A stretch of 59,180 nucleotides of DNA, taken from Candidatus Moraniibacteriota bacterium. GTDB taxonomy: Bacteria; Patescibacteriota; Minisyncoccia; Moranbacterales; DUUL01. Numbering within the stretch: position 1 is the stretch's first letter; each line of letters opens with the position of its first letter. A program made the translations under genes and the position numbers. The stretch is taken from the NCBI GenBank assembly GCA_041596615.1, contig JBFHIG010000007.1, positions 1-59,180 on the forward strand, read 5' to 3'. The notes under the pieces are model-generated. The model worked only from the letters and a program-made list of their open reading frames with translations. It was not told the DNA's origin and ran no database searches. Below are positions 54,210 through 59,180 of the stretch, in pieces.

Positions 54210-54260
54210 CTATCTATTTTTTAAAATTTGAAATAACAGCTCATTGCCAAATTCAGATTA

Positions 54261-54578
54261 TTATTGACTTCCACCATTTAACGTTTCTTTCACCCTTAAG
54301 CTACTATCATCTCTTTCTGGAAAGAGACTCCTAATAGACTCTTTTTCCCTCTCATTAATCTTGCTCAATTTGTCCTCCCTAAAAACATTTTTCTGCAAAT
54401 TATAATGATCAAATCTTTGATAATTATCAATAGTTACCTCTTCAATTTCTTTTACATAACCCAAAATAGTATTTAGTTCTCCCGTAAACTGATTTTTTTC
54501 ACTTTCTGAGAGCGCAAGTCTTGCAAGATCAGCAACGTGCTGAACATCTTCTTTTGAAATTATTTTTTCATTATTCAT
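54261..54578 (-). CDS. gatC: Glu-tRNA(Gln)/Asp-tRNA(Asn) amidotransferase subunit C
   Basis: 105 aa. VQHVADLARLALSESEKNQFTGELNTILGYV. Immediately upstream of gatA. Confidence 0.85.
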   Translation of the reverse strand: MNNEKIISKEDVQHVADLARLALSESEKNQFTGELNTILGYVKEIEEVTIDNYQRFDHYNLQKNVFREDKLSKINEREKESIRSLFPERDDSSLRVKETLNGGSQ

Positions 54579-54595
54579 ATCATTTTATCTTAGAT

Positions 54596-56791
<2,196 letters not shown>

Positions 56792-56821
56792 TTAAAAAAT
56801 AATTTTTACATCTCAAAATAT

Positions 56822-58024
56822 ATGAGAGATCATTTTGAAAATACCTGGACAAAAACAAAAAGCTTTATAAATGTAGATTCTGAGGGAATAAAGAATCTGG
56901 AATATGAAATGAAAAATGCAAGAGCCGTTGAGATTGCAACACAAACTGGTGATTATGAAGAAATTATAAACCAATTGAAAGATGGAGGACTTTGGGAAGA
57001 ACAACTTATTCGAGTGCGTGAAAAATTTAATTCCTCTATCGATACAGATAATTTCCCCACCAAACAAAAGGCTGTTTGGGAAATGCTAACTGTACTTTAT
57101 TTATATGACCAAGGAACTGCTGAGCATTGCATTGAAACATACAAATTACTCCGAAAAAGAATTGAAAAAATAGCAACGGGAAATTTGTTTTTGGCGGAGA
57201 TTCTAAGAAAAGAAAATCATGAAATGGAGCGTGTTTATTTTGCTTCATTAACTCACGATATTGGAAAGGTCTGTATTCCCCCCTTTATTATCAACAACAA
57301 ACTTACCAGGGAAGAGTGGGATGATTTATTGTTGGAGATGTCAAGAAACAATGAGTTAGATCAAATCACAAAAGAAAGACTTGCAATGGCAGATGGTGTT
57401 GATTACGATAAGGATGAATTTTTAGAGAAACTAAAAGAATCTGGTTTACGCTCAAAGGATATCGTTCCTGTTAAAAAAGGACTTTCGGATGAAGAAAAAA
57501 GCGAGTTGGAAGAAAAATGGAAGCTCTCCAGTGAACTGCCCTTGATGAAAATAATTGATAAACATGCCGATTTCTCAAGGGAGATTCACCAGCAAAAAGG
57601 ATTCAATAAAACAGGTGAATTAGTAGGACAACACCATAACAAAAAAGAAAAAGATGTTAAACTCATTTTACCAGAAGGAATACAAAAACCAAGTAGTGAC
57701 CTAGGAAACATCATTCAGATAGCCGACATTGAACAAGCGCTGAAAAGCAAAAGACCCTATCATAAAGCTTTTTCTGACATAGAGATTATAAAGGGACTTA
57801 AGAGAGAAATTGGGAATAGTGATATTGGAAAAGCAATTGAATATTTTTGGCTAAAAGATAAGCTGGACCATTTCCTCAAGGAAAATAACCCAAAATCTTT
57901 AGATTCCCTAAGCGAATTTGATAAACAGTCCTTATTGGATATAAATAAATACCTGAAAGAATTGCGCACTGGGGACTCAGGGAAAGCAATTGAAAATTGG
58001 ATAAACACTCATATAAGAAATTAA
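56822..58024 (+). CDS. HD-domain phosphohydrolase related to HD-GYP but lacking the GYP motif
   Basis: The likely start is ATG 56822 (MRDHFENTW). HCIETY.., SLTHDIGKVCIP, GQHHNKKEKD in place of HHExxDGxGYP, IIQIADIEQALKSKRPY. An insert of about 85 aa lies between the HD and HH motifs. Confidence 0.65.
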   Translation: MRDHFENTWTKTKSFINVDSEGIKNLEYEMKNARAVEIATQTGDYEEIINQLKDGGLWEEQLIRVREKFNSSIDTDNFPTKQKAVWEMLTVLYLYDQGTAEHCIETYKLLRKRIEKIATGNLFLAEILRKENHEMERVYFASLTHDIGKVCIPPFIINNKLTREEWDDLLLEMSRNNELDQITKERLAMADGVDYDKDEFLEKLKESGLRSKDIVPVKKGLSDEEKSELEEKWKLSSELPLMKIIDKHADFSREIHQQKGFNKTGELVGQHHNKKEKDVKLILPEGIQKPSSDLGNIIQIADIEQALKSKRPYHKAFSDIEIIKGLKREIGNSDIGKAIEYFWLKDKLDHFLKENNPKSLDSLSEFDKQSLLDINKYLKELRTGDSGKAIENWINTHIRN

Positions 58025-58057
58025 TTCTTTCTTCATACTCCATTATCATTACTCTAC

Positions 58058-59180
58058 TTATTCTACTTGCTCTGCAAAATTATCTGCCTTAAAGATCTTG
58101 ATATAATTCTGCGGTCGATCATTTATGTCTAGTCTCCAAATTGAATCTTCACTTGAATAATATTTTCCTGCCCTCACTGAGTTGTGACTGTCATCACTGC
58201 CCATGCCATAACGAATCCCGCCCCTTCTTGTGATAACGTAATAGTCAATGCGATATTTCTCTAAATCAATCTTTTGATTTGTGATACATTTTCCTTTAAA
58301 AAACTCACAGACACCATAATAATCAGACCAAATAGTCATATTGCTTGCACCCGGGAGACTGTTTAGATATTCAGCAGCTTCATAGCCTCCATAACCCCAA
58401 GCGCCAACAATGATTTTGTCTTTGGGAAGTAAAAAGTTCGTATAGCTAAAATAGTAAGGCTTGGTCAAAAAAAGAGTTGCCGCTGAAATAACAATAATGG
58501 CAAAAGATATTCCTGTGTAAATTTTTAATTTTATAAGCACCTGTTTATTCCCAAGAAAATATTGAACTAAATCATAAAGTGCGATACCTGCTAAAAAACA
58601 AATTATCGGATACAAAATTATGTTATACCTTATACTATTCAAGACACCAGCTTTGATTGAAGCAATCTCATAGATAAGCATAAAAGAGGTCATCGTAATA
58701 ATATGAAAACTAAATTTAACTGATCTTTTCATGAGACATTTAAGCCAAAGATAGATAGTCAAAAAAAGTACTATGGGCGTAATAGAGAAAATATACGTAT
58801 TAAATTCAAGTAATATTTTTTCAAAAAAATTCGGGAAATAGTTAAGATTTTTAATGGAATCTAGATTTTTAATATCAAAAGGAACAATCTCAAATAGCTG
58901 CCAACTTGAGAAAAAATTTCTGCCTAAGATCAAAACAAAAACTATTATTACCATTAAAAAAACCGGAAACTTAAAAATAAAATTATACTTTGCAAAAAAT
59001 CTTTTAATACTAAATAGAATAATATTTTTCAAAATAAATGTATCGAAAAGAATGACCAGATAGGAACTTAGCACTAACCACCACAATGTTTTCGTCTCTG
59101 AAAAACCAATGGTTAGACGATATAGATAAATGGGTTTTTTAAAAATAGCCGGTAGAAAAAAGCAAATAACCAGAATAGCC
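58058..59180 (-). CDS. ArnT/PMT-like (GT39-like) membrane protein, partial (N-terminus beyond right edge)
   Basis: The frame is open to the window edge: my translation of 59087-59179 gives AILVICFFLPAIFKKPIYLYRLTIGFSETKT with no stop. Multiple TMs are followed by a soluble tail (GAWGYGGYEAAEYLNSLPGASNMTIWSDYYGVCEF). Confidence 0.55.
   Translation of the reverse strand, partial: AILVICFFLPAIFKKPIYLYRLTIGFSETKTLWWLVLSSYLVILFDTFILKNIILFSIKRFFAKYNFIFKFPVFLMVIIVFVLILGRNFFSSWQLFEIVPFDIKNLDSIKNLNYFPNFFEKILLEFNTYIFSITPIVLFLTIYLWLKCLMKRSVKFSFHIITMTSFMLIYEIASIKAGVLNSIRYNIILYPIICFLAGIALYDLVQYFLGNKQVLIKLKIYTGISFAIIVISAATLFLTKPYYFSYTNFLLPKDKIIVGAWGYGGYEAAEYLNSLPGASNMTIWSDYYGVCEFFKGKCITNQKIDLEKYRIDYYVITRRGGIRYGMGSDDSHNSVRAGKYYSSEDSIWRLDINDRPQNYIKIFKADNFAEQVE

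Overview
AT-rich bacterial chromosome segment, roughly one-third GC by eye. It is dominated by a 48-kb co-directional run of minus-strand housekeeping genes from 8.4 to 56.8 kb: SPFH, SEDS, trmD, a KH protein, secD, rpsP, clpP, tig, ppaC, nusA, parAB, rplJL, rpmB, nth, truB, tsaC, gdh, tRNA-Pro(GGG), miaA, gatCA and ligA. A short plus-strand block (GT-C membrane protein, dprA, topA) lies at the left. The gene content is consistent with a reduced-genome, CPR/Patescibacteria-like organism; this is inference only. That content includes a giant 13-module surface protein, ArnT-like membrane proteins, a DUF2341-LamG protein, DUF5684-like paralogs and repeat-dense spacers. The standard genetic code fits all long ORFs. 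The most unusual region is 41.4-45.9 kb. It holds three orphan proteins (490, 248 and 66 aa) and an M28 peptidase, each arranged as a separate promoter/terminator unit. Two of the orphan genes are preceded by homologous cassettes of consensus promoter, ~30-codon ORF and intrinsic terminator. Each cassette has a terminator/antiterminator alternative that is supported by compensatory base changes between the two copies. Other notable features:
- two promoter- or terminator-bounded candidate structured RNAs (30.8-31.1 kb and 33.5-33.8 kb)
- a tandem pair of covarying long hairpins (35.2-35.5 kb)
- a parvulin-like insert in SecD
- a frameshifted orphan copy of the giant protein's Cys-rich C-terminal module
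- a DUF4258-like/zinc-ribbon gene pair
- several dispersed intergenic repeat families.
No CRISPR array, rRNA, transposase or integrase gene was seen.
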